DNA of 64,000 nucleotides from a virus: IMG/VR virus record IMGVR_UViG_3300044993_000080, positions 1-64,000 of that record; one strand, 5' to 3'. Positions within the stretch are counted from its first letter, which is position 1; each line of letters starts with the position of its first letter. Shown here piece by piece: positions 37,766 through 46,921 of this stretch. Position numbers and translations under genes: made by a program. The notes beneath the pieces were generated by a model. That model ran no database searches, was not told the origin of the DNA, and was given only the letters and a program-made list of their open reading frames with translations.

Positions 37766-39556
37766 TCAGCCTTTCACGTGGTAGTGGTGTTCGACCGGCT
37801 TGTTGGGGTCGCCCCGGCCATTCGGATAGGTGCGCCACGTGCGCTTCGCGCCACAGTTCAAGCACTCCCATTTGTTGGGTTCGAACTCGGTCCACCATTC
37901 GCCGCCCGGCCCGTGATCGCACAGGCCCTTGGCTTTGACCTCCCGGTAGCGCTTGTCGTGCACGAAATGACCGCGCACGGTGTGCCAGCCGACGTGGCGC
38001 TTCTCGCGGTCCTCATCGTGCTCTCGGCTGATAAGCTGGACGCCGGGAGCCCGGTCGAGGTCTATGGTGACGATGCGGTGGGCATGAAGCGGTCGCTTGC
38101 CTTTGTGTGTGGAGCGCCAACGCCGGGGCACGTCCGTGTATTTGATAGCCTGATTGCTCGGCGTGTTGATCGCCAATAGCAGCGCCACGATGAGCGGCAC
38201 GTCCCCGGCGAAGTGCCCATAGTAGATTTGCGATAGCAAGGCGGCTCCACCAGGGCCGGACAGGACGCCGAACCCGTGCTGCGCTCTAAGAGACAAGGCC
38301 ACGTTGTCGCCTGCGAGGTCGAGCAACGTCTTGCCCATGTAAAAGCGATTGAGGTCCGCCCGCGTGCCGTTGATGCGTTCGATCTCACGCGCCAGCTTGT
38401 CCTGCGACGGCACAGTGTTGAGTTCGTAGTAGATCGGGCTCCACACAGGCGGCAAGCCGGGCGCTTGGCTGGCAACATAAACCCGACCTCCGGTGAATAA
38501 GAACCCTATGCGCTCGTCTACGTCCGGGCCCGACTGAGCTTGATTGAGTCCGAAGTGGTCAGCCCATACGATACTCGGCAACTCGATCCAACACTGCTCG
38601 AAAGGTGGTCGGGCAAACTCGGCGTTTTGCGCAAGCTGCTCCGGGAAGGCGCTAACCGCTTCTGCAACCCGTTGCACGGCTGCGCTGTCGAGCACCATCT
38701 TCTCGACGTGCTTCAGCGTGTTCGTGAGGCGCTTGATCGTCTGGCCGGTGATGACCCGCTTCTGGTGGACCGGCGAGTGCACGATCTCGTCTGCCAGTGT
38801 CGGCCACTTCCATAGCTCGCCCTCGCCTTGCACGGGAACGGACATCAGGCTTTCCACCACATCAGCCGGGACCGGCGTGCCGTTGGCGACGAAGCGCCCC
38901 AGCAAGTCCCCCATGAAGCGATGCAGCGATGGGGTGACGGGCTTGTTGGCCTCCATCCGCTGAATGAACTCGCCCAGCATGTCACGCTCGTGGCGTAGGC
39001 TGTCCAGCGTCGCGCCGGGCAAGGTCTCAAGCTCGAAACCAGAGAACACCTTGCGCACCTGATCTTTGAGCGCAACGGTGATGGCGTCGATCTGCGCCTG
39101 CTCGGCAGCATCAGCGTCCACGGTGATCTCGACTTTGGCTTCCCAGTTCTCGGCCTCCAGACGGGCAATCTCTTCGTCCGTGAGGGAGCCGGGGTCGGCG
39201 TGGATTTTGTTCTCGATGTCCCGATACCACTTGTCCTCGTGGTAGGGCGGCGGCATCCCGGTATCGCCGTGCACCAGTCGCAGGAACTTGGTTCGCTGGA
39301 TATTGTCGCGGTCGATGACGATTTCTGCCAGTGGCCGGGGCGTGCCCCTCTCGTGCTTGGCGAGATACTTGGCCGCAGCGCGTGGCGACATTATCTTGAA
39401 GCTCGGCGGCCCGCCGCCCACGATCTCTGTCTTGGTCAAGTCCAACGTCTCGTCATCGTGTATGATGCGAGGCCCGCCCTTGGCGTTGACCAGCACCGCG
39501 ACCTTGCCAGTCGAAGCTCGGCGCTGACGGCGTGTCAACGGATCGCCGTCTGTCAT
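37766..39556 (-). CDS. Hypothetical protein (596 aa)
   Basis: RPPF..CWIE and C-terminal H.VRGHF...RGD motifs seen in phage accessory proteins. Confidence 0.75.
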   Translation of the reverse strand: MTDGDPLTRRQRRASTGKVAVLVNAKGGPRIIHDDETLDLTKTEIVGGGPPSFKIMSPRAAAKYLAKHERGTPRPLAEIVIDRDNIQRTKFLRLVHGDTGMPPPYHEDKWYRDIENKIHADPGSLTDEEIARLEAENWEAKVEITVDADAAEQAQIDAITVALKDQVRKVFSGFELETLPGATLDSLRHERDMLGEFIQRMEANKPVTPSLHRFMGDLLGRFVANGTPVPADVVESLMSVPVQGEGELWKWPTLADEIVHSPVHQKRVITGQTIKRLTNTLKHVEKMVLDSAAVQRVAEAVSAFPEQLAQNAEFARPPFEQCWIELPSIVWADHFGLNQAQSGPDVDERIGFLFTGGRVYVASQAPGLPPVWSPIYYELNTVPSQDKLAREIERINGTRADLNRFYMGKTLLDLAGDNVALSLRAQHGFGVLSGPGGAALLSQIYYGHFAGDVPLIVALLLAINTPSNQAIKYTDVPRRWRSTHKGKRPLHAHRIVTIDLDRAPGVQLISREHDEDREKRHVGWHTVRGHFVHDKRYREVKAKGLCDHGPGGEWWTEFEPNKWECLNCGAKRTWRTYPNGRGDPNKPVEHHYHVKG

Positions 39557-39789
39557 CTGAACACCTTGGTCTTGGTGTTCGGGTGCACGCTGGCATGTGT
39601 GTTCAAGAACTCGGACAACTGAATATCGTTGACCGGCACGTCGAACTCATCAACGATCACCATGTTGTTGTCGCGCTTGCCGCACGCGGCGGCCTCTGCC
39701 AACCTGCGGTTGCTGTCGCTAAACCACGCGACAAGTGCGGGCTCACGCGGATCGCCGATGTAGATGTGGCGAATAAGTTTCCGTGGCAT
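39553..39789 (-). CDS. Hypothetical protein
   Basis: 78-aa translationally coupled ORF. Confidence 0.65.
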   Translation of the reverse strand: MPRKLIRHIYIGDPREPALVAWFSDSNRRLAEAAACGKRDNNMVIVDEFDVPVNDIQLSEFLNTHASVHPNTKTKVFR

Positions 39790-39790
39790 G

Positions 39791-40459
39791 TCAAGCTCCC
39801 CACCCGTAGGACTTCTCGCAGACCGGGCCGATGCCCTTGGCGACGCTCTTTGGGTCCGTCAATTCGCGCCCGCAACAGCAGCAGACACCAAACTGCTTGC
39901 CGTAGGCGATAGCGGCGGTGTGCGGGTCTGCGCAGACCTTCAGGATCGCCTGTTCGGTCTCTTCGTCGCACTCGCGGTAGCTGCGAACGAACCGCCCTTC
40001 GTGGACTTTGCCGTAATAGGTCCCATCGTGACGGCTCTTGACATAGACCGCGCCGGGGTTGCGGCTGCGAACGCCAGCCGGGCTGAAGGCGAAGTCGGCG
40101 AACCGCAGCTTGGGATACTTGATCCCTGCGTCCTTGGCCTTGGCGAATGCGGTCTCCAGCGCCGTGACTGAACAGGACGGCGCGCTCGCTTCTATCTTGC
40201 GGATCGCGTGAGTGCGCTCGGCGTCCTTGCGGATGCAGTTGTGGATGGCTGCGACCTGCCTTTCGGTCAAACTCCCGTAGCGGTGAAGCCCGGCATTGAG
40301 ACTGCACGCAAAATCGAAGCCACGGCGTGATTTCTCCTCGATCCACGCCCATTCAGTCGGGTGTGCGTCTTTCCACGCCTGCACGACTGCGTGATCGGCG
40401 TTGGCCGGACGTGCGGGTGATGCGTGTTTCTGGTAGAAGCGGTTCTGGTAGTAAGTCAT
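39791..40459 (-). CDS. Zn-finger (DUF6011-like) protein
   Basis: C..CGRELTDP.S...GIGPVC C-terminus. Own promoter and leader. Confidence 0.8.
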   Translation of the reverse strand: MTYYQNRFYQKHASPARPANADHAVVQAWKDAHPTEWAWIEEKSRRGFDFACSLNAGLHRYGSLTERQVAAIHNCIRKDAERTHAIRKIEASAPSCSVTALETAFAKAKDAGIKYPKLRFADFAFSPAGVRSRNPGAVYVKSRHDGTYYGKVHEGRFVRSYRECDEETEQAILKVCADPHTAAIAYGKQFGVCCCCGRELTDPKSVAKGIGPVCEKSYGWGA

Positions 40460-40629
40460 TTCAATCTCCCTTTCGACCCTCACACATTGGCCTAGGCGAG
40501 ATTTTATGTCAAGCGGAAAGTTGCAACGGGTTGCAAATCTACTCTATCATCAGCGGGCGGTGTGAGCCCACTCACCGTCTTGCATGGAGCTTGCAGGGCA
40601 CCGGGGCTCGATGTCAAGCGCCGGGGCCT

Positions 40630-41376
40630 TCACAAGACGATGGCCCTGCGCTTACGCCCATCATGAACAGGCTGGGCGACTTGCACGGGAGATGCGAGCC
40701 CGGTAAAGCCCGCGATCCGGCACACGTAGCGGCAATACCCATACCCCTCAGTATTAACGAGGTAGTGGTCCCTGCCGCCGACCTGCACAATCAGTGTGGT
40801 GATGTTGTGCTTGTCAAACTCGGCCTGAACCGCTTCGGAAAAATCATCGCACGGCTCGTAGTTACTGCCTGACGGGAAAATCTCACGTCGATTGAGGATG
40901 GGAATGTAATGCCGCAAGATGGCGATCTGGTCCCACTCGATCTCTTCGTCAACGTCGCCCCAGCAAGACGGCTTGCGGTTAAAACAGGGCAGCGCGCCAA
41001 TCTCACCAGCGAAGCGCCCGCTATAACCCAGTATGGCCTTGCGGACATCAAGCGCTGCATCCACGTGGTCTTGGGTAACAACATGCAGCGTCGGCGCTGC
41101 AAGGGGTTGCGGAACGGACGACTGAACCCGATCAGCTACATTGAAGAGCATGGCAAACCACTCAGCGTAGCTGACAACCTGAACCCCGTATAGAGCCGCT
41201 GCGCGTATTTTGCTGGTGCCACTATTAGGGTTGGCCGCCACAAGGTAGGTGACGTCGAAGTCCACCTTGTCCCGGACGTTGTGACCGGCTTGGGTCGTGA
41301 GTTGCTCCCACTGTTGGCGGGTGAGATGCTTGCCGCTTGGTGTGAAGCCCCGGCCCGTGAAAACGACTGTGCTCAT
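40630..41376 (-). CDS. BRCT-domain protein
   Basis: VVFTG......R........G..V...V....TYLV.......SK...A...GV.V.SY.EW is the NAD-ligase-type BRCT pattern. Confidence 0.8.
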   Translation of the reverse strand: MSTVVFTGRGFTPSGKHLTRQQWEQLTTQAGHNVRDKVDFDVTYLVAANPNSGTSKIRAAALYGVQVVSYAEWFAMLFNVADRVQSSVPQPLAAPTLHVVTQDHVDAALDVRKAILGYSGRFAGEIGALPCFNRKPSCWGDVDEEIEWDQIAILRHYIPILNRREIFPSGSNYEPCDDFSEAVQAEFDKHNITTLIVQVGGRDHYLVNTEGYGYCRYVCRIAGFTGLASPVQVAQPVHDGRKRRAIVL

Positions 41377-41401
41377 CTATGGTCTCCATCTAGGGTGGCT
41401 G

Positions 41402-41959
41402 TCACGCACGTCTCCGTCTGGCAGGCGGATTGACCACTGGTTCTTGGGCTTTGGCAAGTTCGGCTCGACGCTGCGCGATGATCTCTTCCAGCATCTGAAA
41501 ATGCGCGGGGTCAGTCAGACCCATCACCAGTTCCTGAAGCTGACTGCGGTTTTCGAGCGCGGCCATGGCGACTGCGCCCTCCCACGTCCGGGCACAAGCC
41601 GGGCACTGCTTGCCCTCGCTGATGCCCCGACGATTGCCGTGCCATTTGCTATCGCTGCCGTCGCGCAACGGATAAGGCTCCGCGCCAACTGCGAACTCGG
41701 GGATGGCGTCCGGGGCAGGCTTTGGCCTAGGCGGCAGGGAGATCGTCGAGTTGCCGCCCTTGACCTTCACCTGCCCCGGTTCCGTGTTATCGCCGCCTTG
41801 GGTGGCTGCGACTTCGGAAATGATCTGGTTGAAGGCGTTCGTCAGCCCGGCGTGGCTGGTGTCCACGTCCCAAGGACCGAATGATGCGCCCGTCGCCTTT
41901 GCGTCGCTCTGTGTGCGGGCGATGGTCAACGGGGTGGTATCGCAGCGATAGAACCTCAT
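41402..41959 (-). CDS. Hypothetical protein
   Basis: 185 aa, GGAG RBS, CPAC motif. Confidence 0.65.
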   Translation of the reverse strand: MRFYRCDTTPLTIARTQSDAKATGASFGPWDVDTSHAGLTNAFNQIISEVAATQGGDNTEPGQVKVKGGNSTISLPPRPKPAPDAIPEFAVGAEPYPLRDGSDSKWHGNRRGISEGKQCPACARTWEGAVAMAALENRSQLQELVMGLTDPAHFQMLEEIIAQRRAELAKAQEPVVNPPARRRRA

Positions 41960-42183
41960 TGCGCCATCTCCCAGATGACCTGCTCGGCGATCTGCTCGAT
42001 CCGCGCGGCGTCTGCTTCGTCCTGCGCGTCCCAGTCAAAGTCCAGTGCGTCCTCGATACCTGCGAGGTATGCGCCCTGCAACACGACCGGGATACCGGCT
42101 TCGCGCATGTGGGTGGTCAGGTCATGGAGCGGCGCGGTGTGCGCGGCGGCCTGACCGGCTTGGTATGCTTCTTCACGGGTCAT
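41956..42183 (-). CDS. Hypothetical protein
   Basis: Own promoter and GTCGAGTAGGAGA leader. Confidence 0.7.
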   Translation of the reverse strand: MTREEAYQAGQAAAHTAPLHDLTTHMREAGIPVVLQGAYLAGIEDALDFDWDAQDEADAARIEQIAEQVIWEMAQ

Positions 42184-42234
42184 TTGACAATCTCCTACTC
42201 GACCATCATATGGTGGCCTAGGCGAGATTTTATG

Positions 42235-42511
42235 TCAAGCGGAAAAGTGCAACGCCCGTGCACCATCGCGGCAAATCATCTCGGGGCGCACGGGCCTAAC
42301 TGGCTTGTGCGGCAGGAACTCGTGATCCCAATTAACCCATACCCCGTCTACGCGCCCGCTAGAAAGGTGCGAGACCGTGCCCTTCCAAATGACACGCTGG
42401 TTCTCCCGTGGTGATCGTGAATAAAGGACCGCCCCGGCTTCCGGTGTAAACGCTGAAAGTGACGCCCATGATCTGCGGCTCGGGCCGGGCGACAGGGCGG
42501 ACGCGCGGCAT
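42235..42511 (-). pseudogene. Frameshifted paralogue of the 59076-59324 gene
   Basis: 42399-42235 encodes QRVIWKGTVSHLSSGRVDGVWVNWDHEFLPHKPVRPVRPEMICRDGARAL. The coupled ATG at 42511 is one base out of frame. Confidence 0.7.
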
Positions 42512-42900
42512 TACCCCTTGGTCAGCCATTCGTCCTTGCCCACGCGGCGAATATGCGTGCTCTTGAGTTGCGGGTATCGTCGCCTAAAGTGAGCCAACGC
42601 GCCAGCCATTGTAACAGCATCGCTGTAGAAGGCCGCCCTGCTGTCTTTCTCTGTAATGAAGTAGATTGCCCATCGGCGGGTGCCGTCATGCTCGTGGCCG
42701 TCTATCAGCGTCACTTTACCACCCGACATCGGCGGCTCCCATTGGTTGATAATGGCAAGATTGCGCATCTGCCCGGCGTCGAACACCTCAACCGTGCCAG
42801 TCGGTGATGTCACGCGCCAGCGGCTCTGCGCGAGCGGTTCGATAATGAAGCCCCGGCTTCGACAATGGGCGACTACGCTGTCCAGTTCATTCGTTGGCAC
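42511..42900 (-). CDS. Hypothetical protein
   Basis: GTG start with GAAGGG RBS-like sequence. Confidence 0.6.
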   Translation of the reverse strand: MPTNELDSVVAHCRSRGFIIEPLAQSRWRVTSPTGTVEVFDAGQMRNLAIINQWEPPMSGGKVTLIDGHEHDGTRRWAIYFITEKDSRAAFYSDAVTMAGALAHFRRRYPQLKSTHIRRVGKDEWLTKG

Positions 42901-43051
42901 TTGCGACCCTTCAACCTTTCGCACCGTCGCTCTCGATGCTCTCGATGCTACCAAACCTGTCTGCAACCCGTTGCAGGACACGTCAAGTGAAACTCTTGAT
43001 CCAGTCGGATAGGGTTCCCGGCGACTGACGAGCCCAACACAACAGACCTGC

Positions 43052-43243
43052 TCACGCTACGGTCCTTTCCGTCATCAGCACCATCATGGACGCGCGCTGC
43101 GCGATCTGGCCCACCGGCAGTCCGTTGGCGTGAGCGATAAACAGCGCGCCCGCCGCAATCTCGGTGAGCACATCCTGAAGCTCATCGAGTGTCTGGATAT
43201 CCCGGACCCGCGACATCATCGTCTCTATCAAAGGCCTGTCCAT
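43052..43243 (-). CDS. Small hypothetical protein
   Basis: Translationally coupled ORF MDRPLIE... Confidence 0.55.
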   Translation of the reverse strand: MDRPLIETMMSRVRDIQTLDELQDVLTEIAAGALFIAHANGLPVGQIAQRASMMVLMTERTVA

Positions 43244-43620
43244 CAATGGACACCCATCATGACGCGGCGGCACTTGTCGGCCATCAATTCCGGGTGGTCG
43301 AGCATGTCGAGCGTGGTGAAGTTGTTTTGTCCTCCCCTGTAGTCCTTGCGGCCATTGCAGGTGCGATAGAGGATGTCATTGCCCCGGCCCATGCACGACT
43401 GCGAGACCTGCACGTAGATGCGCTCGCCGTGCAGCGTGGTCTCTCCGGACACTGCCGGACCGGCCATGTTGGTGCGGATGTCGTAGCTGCCAGCGGGCAA
43501 TCCTAGGTGCTGGGCTACCTGCTTGAGCCGCGACTTGGCGGTGCGGTGGAATTTGCGTTTGTGGGCGTCTTCGTCAGCGGTGTAGCCCTGCACGGGCTTG
43601 TTCCAATCAAATGTCGGCAT
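43243..43620 (-). CDS. Conserved hypothetical protein
   Basis: K..FH......L..LA..LGL..G.YDIR.N..GPAVSGE.TLH motif. Own promoter and leader. Confidence 0.75.
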   Translation of the reverse strand: MPTFDWNKPVQGYTADEDAHKRKFHRTAKSRLKQVAQHLGLPAGSYDIRTNMAGPAVSGETTLHGERIYVQVSQSCMGRGNDILYRTCNGRKDYRGGQNNFTTLDMLDHPELMADKCRRVMMGVH

Positions 43621-43682
43621 AGTCGCCACTCCTTCTCGATAGATCAGGTGTAGCGTAGCCGGGATTTTATGTCAAGCGGAAA

Positions 43683-44024
43683 GTGGGGCGCTTCTGTTTC
43701 CCGGTGCGCCCCGAACCGATGTCAAGCGCAGTTAAGCGGCGAGACGAAGTGCAGTTTCCTGCGGGTTGTCGTTGGCATTTCTGCTAACTGTCCCGTCACG
43801 GTGGGCCAATCCGGGTCGCGTCTCTGTGTCCAGTCTGGCTGTCGATCCTGTTTCACCCCCGTCAAGAGCACCGCACCTACCCTCGCTTTCGCGTTTTTGC
43901 GCCCGAAGTAATCGCCCATGCACAGACTTTCCCTACCCGACGAGGTAGCAGCGACGCTCATGGTGGAGGTGGCGGGCACTGCCCCCGCGTCCAGCCGTTC
44001 CTTCGCAGGCCGTATATCGACCAT
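43683..44024 (-). ncRNA. ssrA: Circularly permuted (two-piece) tmRNA
   Basis: Acceptor piece ends GCGGG-GGCAGTG-CCCGC-CACCTCC-A-CCA (43961). A 100-nt intervening segment follows. The coding piece starts GGGGGTGAAACAGGATCGAC (43860), giving an acceptor stem with G3.U. Tag frame 43776-43732 reads ANDNPQETALRLAA*. Promoter TTGACT-17-TATTGT upstream. Confidence 0.95.
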
Positions 44025-44200
44025 AGACGCACAATAACCTACACCGGATTTGTAGTCAAACCCTGTTTGGCAAGTCCGTGCGCCCCCGCATACGGCGTTC
44101 GTTCCGAACCGGGTCTCGCTGATAGCCCTCGTGTGCAACGGGTTGCAGCGTGCTCGGTGTTCGGGTAAGCGTCCGGGTGTAATTCAATGGGAGCCCGGAC

Positions 44201-44476
44201 ATGGCCAAGATCACCCTGACTTTCTTCAAGCGCGCCGCCGCCGTGGATGGTGTGCCCTCTTCGGCTGGCGGCGCGCCCACGGGCCATGACAGCCTGACGG
44301 CGGCGGGCTCGGCAGATGCCGCCCCTGCGGGATCGAAGCTCGTGCGGATCGCCACTGACACTGCCTTTACCAGCAATGTCTACGGGGCGGGCACTGAAAC
44401 GCTCCACCCGGCCAACTCGGCGGAGTTGTTCCCCGTGAAGGCCGGGCAGATCGTCACGTTCACTGCCGTGGCGTAA
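44201..44476 (+). CDS. Small hypothetical beta-rich protein (only credible plus-strand gene)
   Basis: GGGAG RBS, phage-like codon usage, sits in a gap with no minus-strand gene. Confidence 0.7.
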   Translation: MAKITLTFFKRAAAVDGVPSSAGGAPTGHDSLTAAGSADAAPAGSKLVRIATDTAFTSNVYGAGTETLHPANSAELFPVKAGQIVTFTAVA

Positions 44477-45095
44477 GCTCTGGCGTCGCCTCATCGGCCT
44501 CTGCCTGATTGCCTGCCTGATTGCCGTCCGCAAGTGCCTTGGCCCACAGGGCAATGGCCTGCTGTTTGGAGCACGTGGGTGTCTTTTCCACGCATTGAAG
44601 GTATTGCTGCATCCCGGTGATGCTCACCGTAAGGTAGGCCAGCCGCTCGCCGTCCTTCATACCGGCGCTGTAGCCGCGCGGGTAAATGACGCCCACGCCG
44701 ATCAGGATACCCGCGACAAGCCCCAACGCGGCGGTCAGGATCGTCCCCTTGAGGTTGATTTTTGACGCGGTGAACGGCGTCGCACAGTCCAGAAACGCGA
44801 ACTTGTCGTTGGTGGGCAAATCATCGAAGTCAGTGCAGCCAACCATGTTAGCTGCGTCGAGCGCCAGCAATTCGGCGTCCATCGACAGGCCTTCCTTGTC
44901 GTGGTCCGGTGCGTCTGGCACTGGCAACGGCTTGGCCTTCTTCTCGAAAGACGGCTTCTTCGCTGTGCGTGGCTTGGCCGAGGCTTTGGTTTTCGGTGCG
45001 TCGGATACGTTGGGCTTCTTCGCGGGCGGGCGCGTAATGCGCGGCTTGACGGAAGGGGCTTGGGCCTTTCTCACAGGTGTTTTCTTCTCGGTCAT
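44460..45095 (-). CDS. Hypothetical membrane protein
   Basis: Lys/Pro-rich N-terminus and a single TM segment (ILTAALGLVAGILIGVGVIY). Confidence 0.7.
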   Translation of the reverse strand: MTEKKTPVRKAQAPSVKPRITRPPAKKPNVSDAPKTKASAKPRTAKKPSFEKKAKPLPVPDAPDHDKEGLSMDAELLALDAANMVGCTDFDDLPTNDKFAFLDCATPFTASKINLKGTILTAALGLVAGILIGVGVIYPRGYSAGMKDGERLAYLTVSITGMQQYLQCVEKTPTCSKQQAIALWAKALADGNQAGNQAEADEATPELTPRQ

Positions 45096-45421
45096 TTCTG
45101 TGTGTTCCTTTGCAGCTTGTTGGCGAGCCTCCTCATCGCGTTTTCTCCCAGTTCAGTTAGCCGGACCTCGCCTTTCCCGGCATCAAACTGAATGAGTTTG
45201 TGGCCACCACCTTCCGCCAGATAGGGGAGTTTGCGGATAATATGTAATTCCATAGTGTCGTAAATACTCTTGGCGAGCGAATACGGCAGGATAGCCCAAT
45301 CATCTCCGCCCATGGTCTCCAGCGTGTCCCGACACGCCCTGCTGGCCGTAGGCGGGCATACCGCGATGCCCAGTGCGATCACCCCTCGCTGCACTGCGAT
45401 GTCGCGTTCGTGTTCGTTCAT
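45092..45421 (-). CDS. Hypothetical protein
   Basis: Translationally coupled ORF. Confidence 0.65.
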   Translation of the reverse strand: MNEHERDIAVQRGVIALGIAVCPPTASRACRDTLETMGGDDWAILPYSLAKSIYDTMELHIIRKLPYLAEGGGHKLIQFDAGKGEVRLTELGENAMRRLANKLQRNTQK

Positions 45422-45720
45422 AGTCTCTTCTCTTCCTCAAGTAGCTGATCGTGTGCCCGCGCCAGAGCCTGCTGAATGCCCAACGGATACTTGGCCTCGA
45501 CTGCGTAGGCGAAACCCTGTTGTAGCATAGCTCGCGCGAAGGCGATGAAGTCCTTGTGCGTGAGGCTGACCACATATGCCGCGATGCCGCCGGAGACAGC
45601 GCGGGTCAGTCCCAGTGCGTCCCCCGCCTCAATACTGTTGCCACTGAATGTCTCGAAGTGGATGATCGCCTCGTGGATCGCATCCTCCAGCGACTTGGTT
45701 TCCAGTATCTGCTCTGTCAT
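45418..45720 (-). CDS. Hypothetical protein
   Basis: Translationally coupled ORF. Confidence 0.65.
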   Translation of the reverse strand: MTEQILETKSLEDAIHEAIIHFETFSGNSIEAGDALGLTRAVSGGIAAYVVSLTHKDFIAFARAMLQQGFAYAVEAKYPLGIQQALARAHDQLLEEEKRL

Positions 45721-46448
45721 GTCTGTTTTCCTGCAACGGGTTGCACCGGTCTCGACCGGGCAGGTGGGTTGATCTCTGTGTCGGGGTTTTCATCACACCA
45801 ATGCGCCACGGTCGAGTAGAGCCCTGCGCGGATGTATCTGCGAACGGCCTTCTTCTCCTCGACCGTGCGATGGCCTACCTGACGGTTGCACAGGGCGTGC
45901 GCCAAAACGAGGTTGTCGAGATTGTCGGTGCCCCCAAGGTGGCGCGCCAGCAAATGCTCGACCGTGGGCTTCATATCAGGATTGGTCTCGTCTTCAAGAC
46001 AAGGCTGTCCGCAATACCAGCATTCATCGCCGTCCCGCTCACGCAAGAGGTCTCTGGTTCTACGTGCCCACGATGGGCGCTTGGAGCCCGGTTCGCGTAG
46101 GCGCTTGCGCTCGGTCTCCTTCATCAGCTTCATGCGGCTCTGATCCGGGAAGGGTCTCCGGGCGACAAACAGGCTCCAGTGCATGGACGAGCAGCCGCTG
46201 AAAGTGACGCGCCCATCATTCTTGCGCCATACTATGTGCGTCGCCGGGCGCTTGGCTTTGCCTCGTTGGGTCGCATCCCATGCGAGGTATCGCAACACCT
46301 CGAACTCGCTCTTCGTATCAACGACCACCCCGCCGCCCGACTCGATCCATAACACGAAGTCCTTCAATCGAGCCCGGAAGGCGAGCGCCCGTGCCTCCTG
46401 ATATTCGCTGGAGTTGCCATGCACGCTGGGTAATGCGCGGTTCTTCAT
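45717..46448 (-). CDS. HNH endonuclease
   Basis: RDG.ECWYCG...TVEHL....GG.D...NLVLAH..CN motif. Confidence 0.85.
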   Translation of the reverse strand: MKNRALPSVHGNSSEYQEARALAFRARLKDFVLWIESGGGVVVDTKSEFEVLRYLAWDATQRGKAKRPATHIVWRKNDGRVTFSGCSSMHWSLFVARRPFPDQSRMKLMKETERKRLREPGSKRPSWARRTRDLLRERDGDECWYCGQPCLEDETNPDMKPTVEHLLARHLGGTDNLDNLVLAHALCNRQVGHRTVEEKKAVRRYIRAGLYSTVAHWCDENPDTEINPPARSRPVQPVAGKQT

Positions 46449-46528
46449 TCCTTGCTGTCCCTGCCCGGCGTGGGTGCCGTGAGGCGCACGTCGATCTCGG
46501 TCTTGGGAGCGCCGGGCCTCACCCGACC

Positions 46529-46894
46529 TCAGCCACGGTCCGGGCGTTGGGTGAGACACGACCCTGCGAGCGCCTGTATCTCGGCTTCGCTGATGCTGGC
46601 GGGGTTGCGCAGCGCACGGGCGGCGATCTTGCCGACCTCTTCGGATGTCAGTTCGCCGGACGTGGGCAAGCGGCTCGGTTTCTCTTCTTCGCCCGCCTCG
46701 ATCTTGGCTCCGTGCCGGGGCTCGACCGCGCCTGACAACAGGCACTGAATAACGGTCACGTCCTTGTGATCTGCCCGGAACTCGGCAAGCGCCTTTTCCA
46801 TGTTGTTGGCGGTGTAATAGACCCGCTTGTGGGTGGCGGTGTTTCGCTTGTCCGCGATGTGCGCGGGCATGAAGGTTATGACGTATTGTTCCAT
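46529..46894 (-). CDS. Hypothetical protein
   Basis: GGAGG RBS. C-terminal TSEEV..IA.R.LR......LAGS.LTQ motif. Confidence 0.65.
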   Translation of the reverse strand: MEQYVITFMPAHIADKRNTATHKRVYYTANNMEKALAEFRADHKDVTVIQCLLSGAVEPRHGAKIEAGEEEKPSRLPTSGELTSEEVGKIAARALRNPASISEAEIQALAGSCLTQRPDRG

Positions 46895-46921
46895 GATGTG
46901 GACCTCCACCTATGATGCCCG

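Noticed and set aside
40540-40625. Hairpin GGCGGTG/CACCGTC with a nearby TTGACA as a possible second sRNA
   Set aside because: There is no convincing -10 element or terminator and no target complementarity was seen.
43720-43725. TTGACA hexamer resembling an early -35 box
   Set aside because: It lies inside the tmRNA coding piece and has no matching -10 element.
43722-44138. 138-aa and 63-aa minus-strand ORFs
   Set aside because: They overlap the tmRNA gene. The 63-aa ORF simply ends in the tmRNA tag frame.
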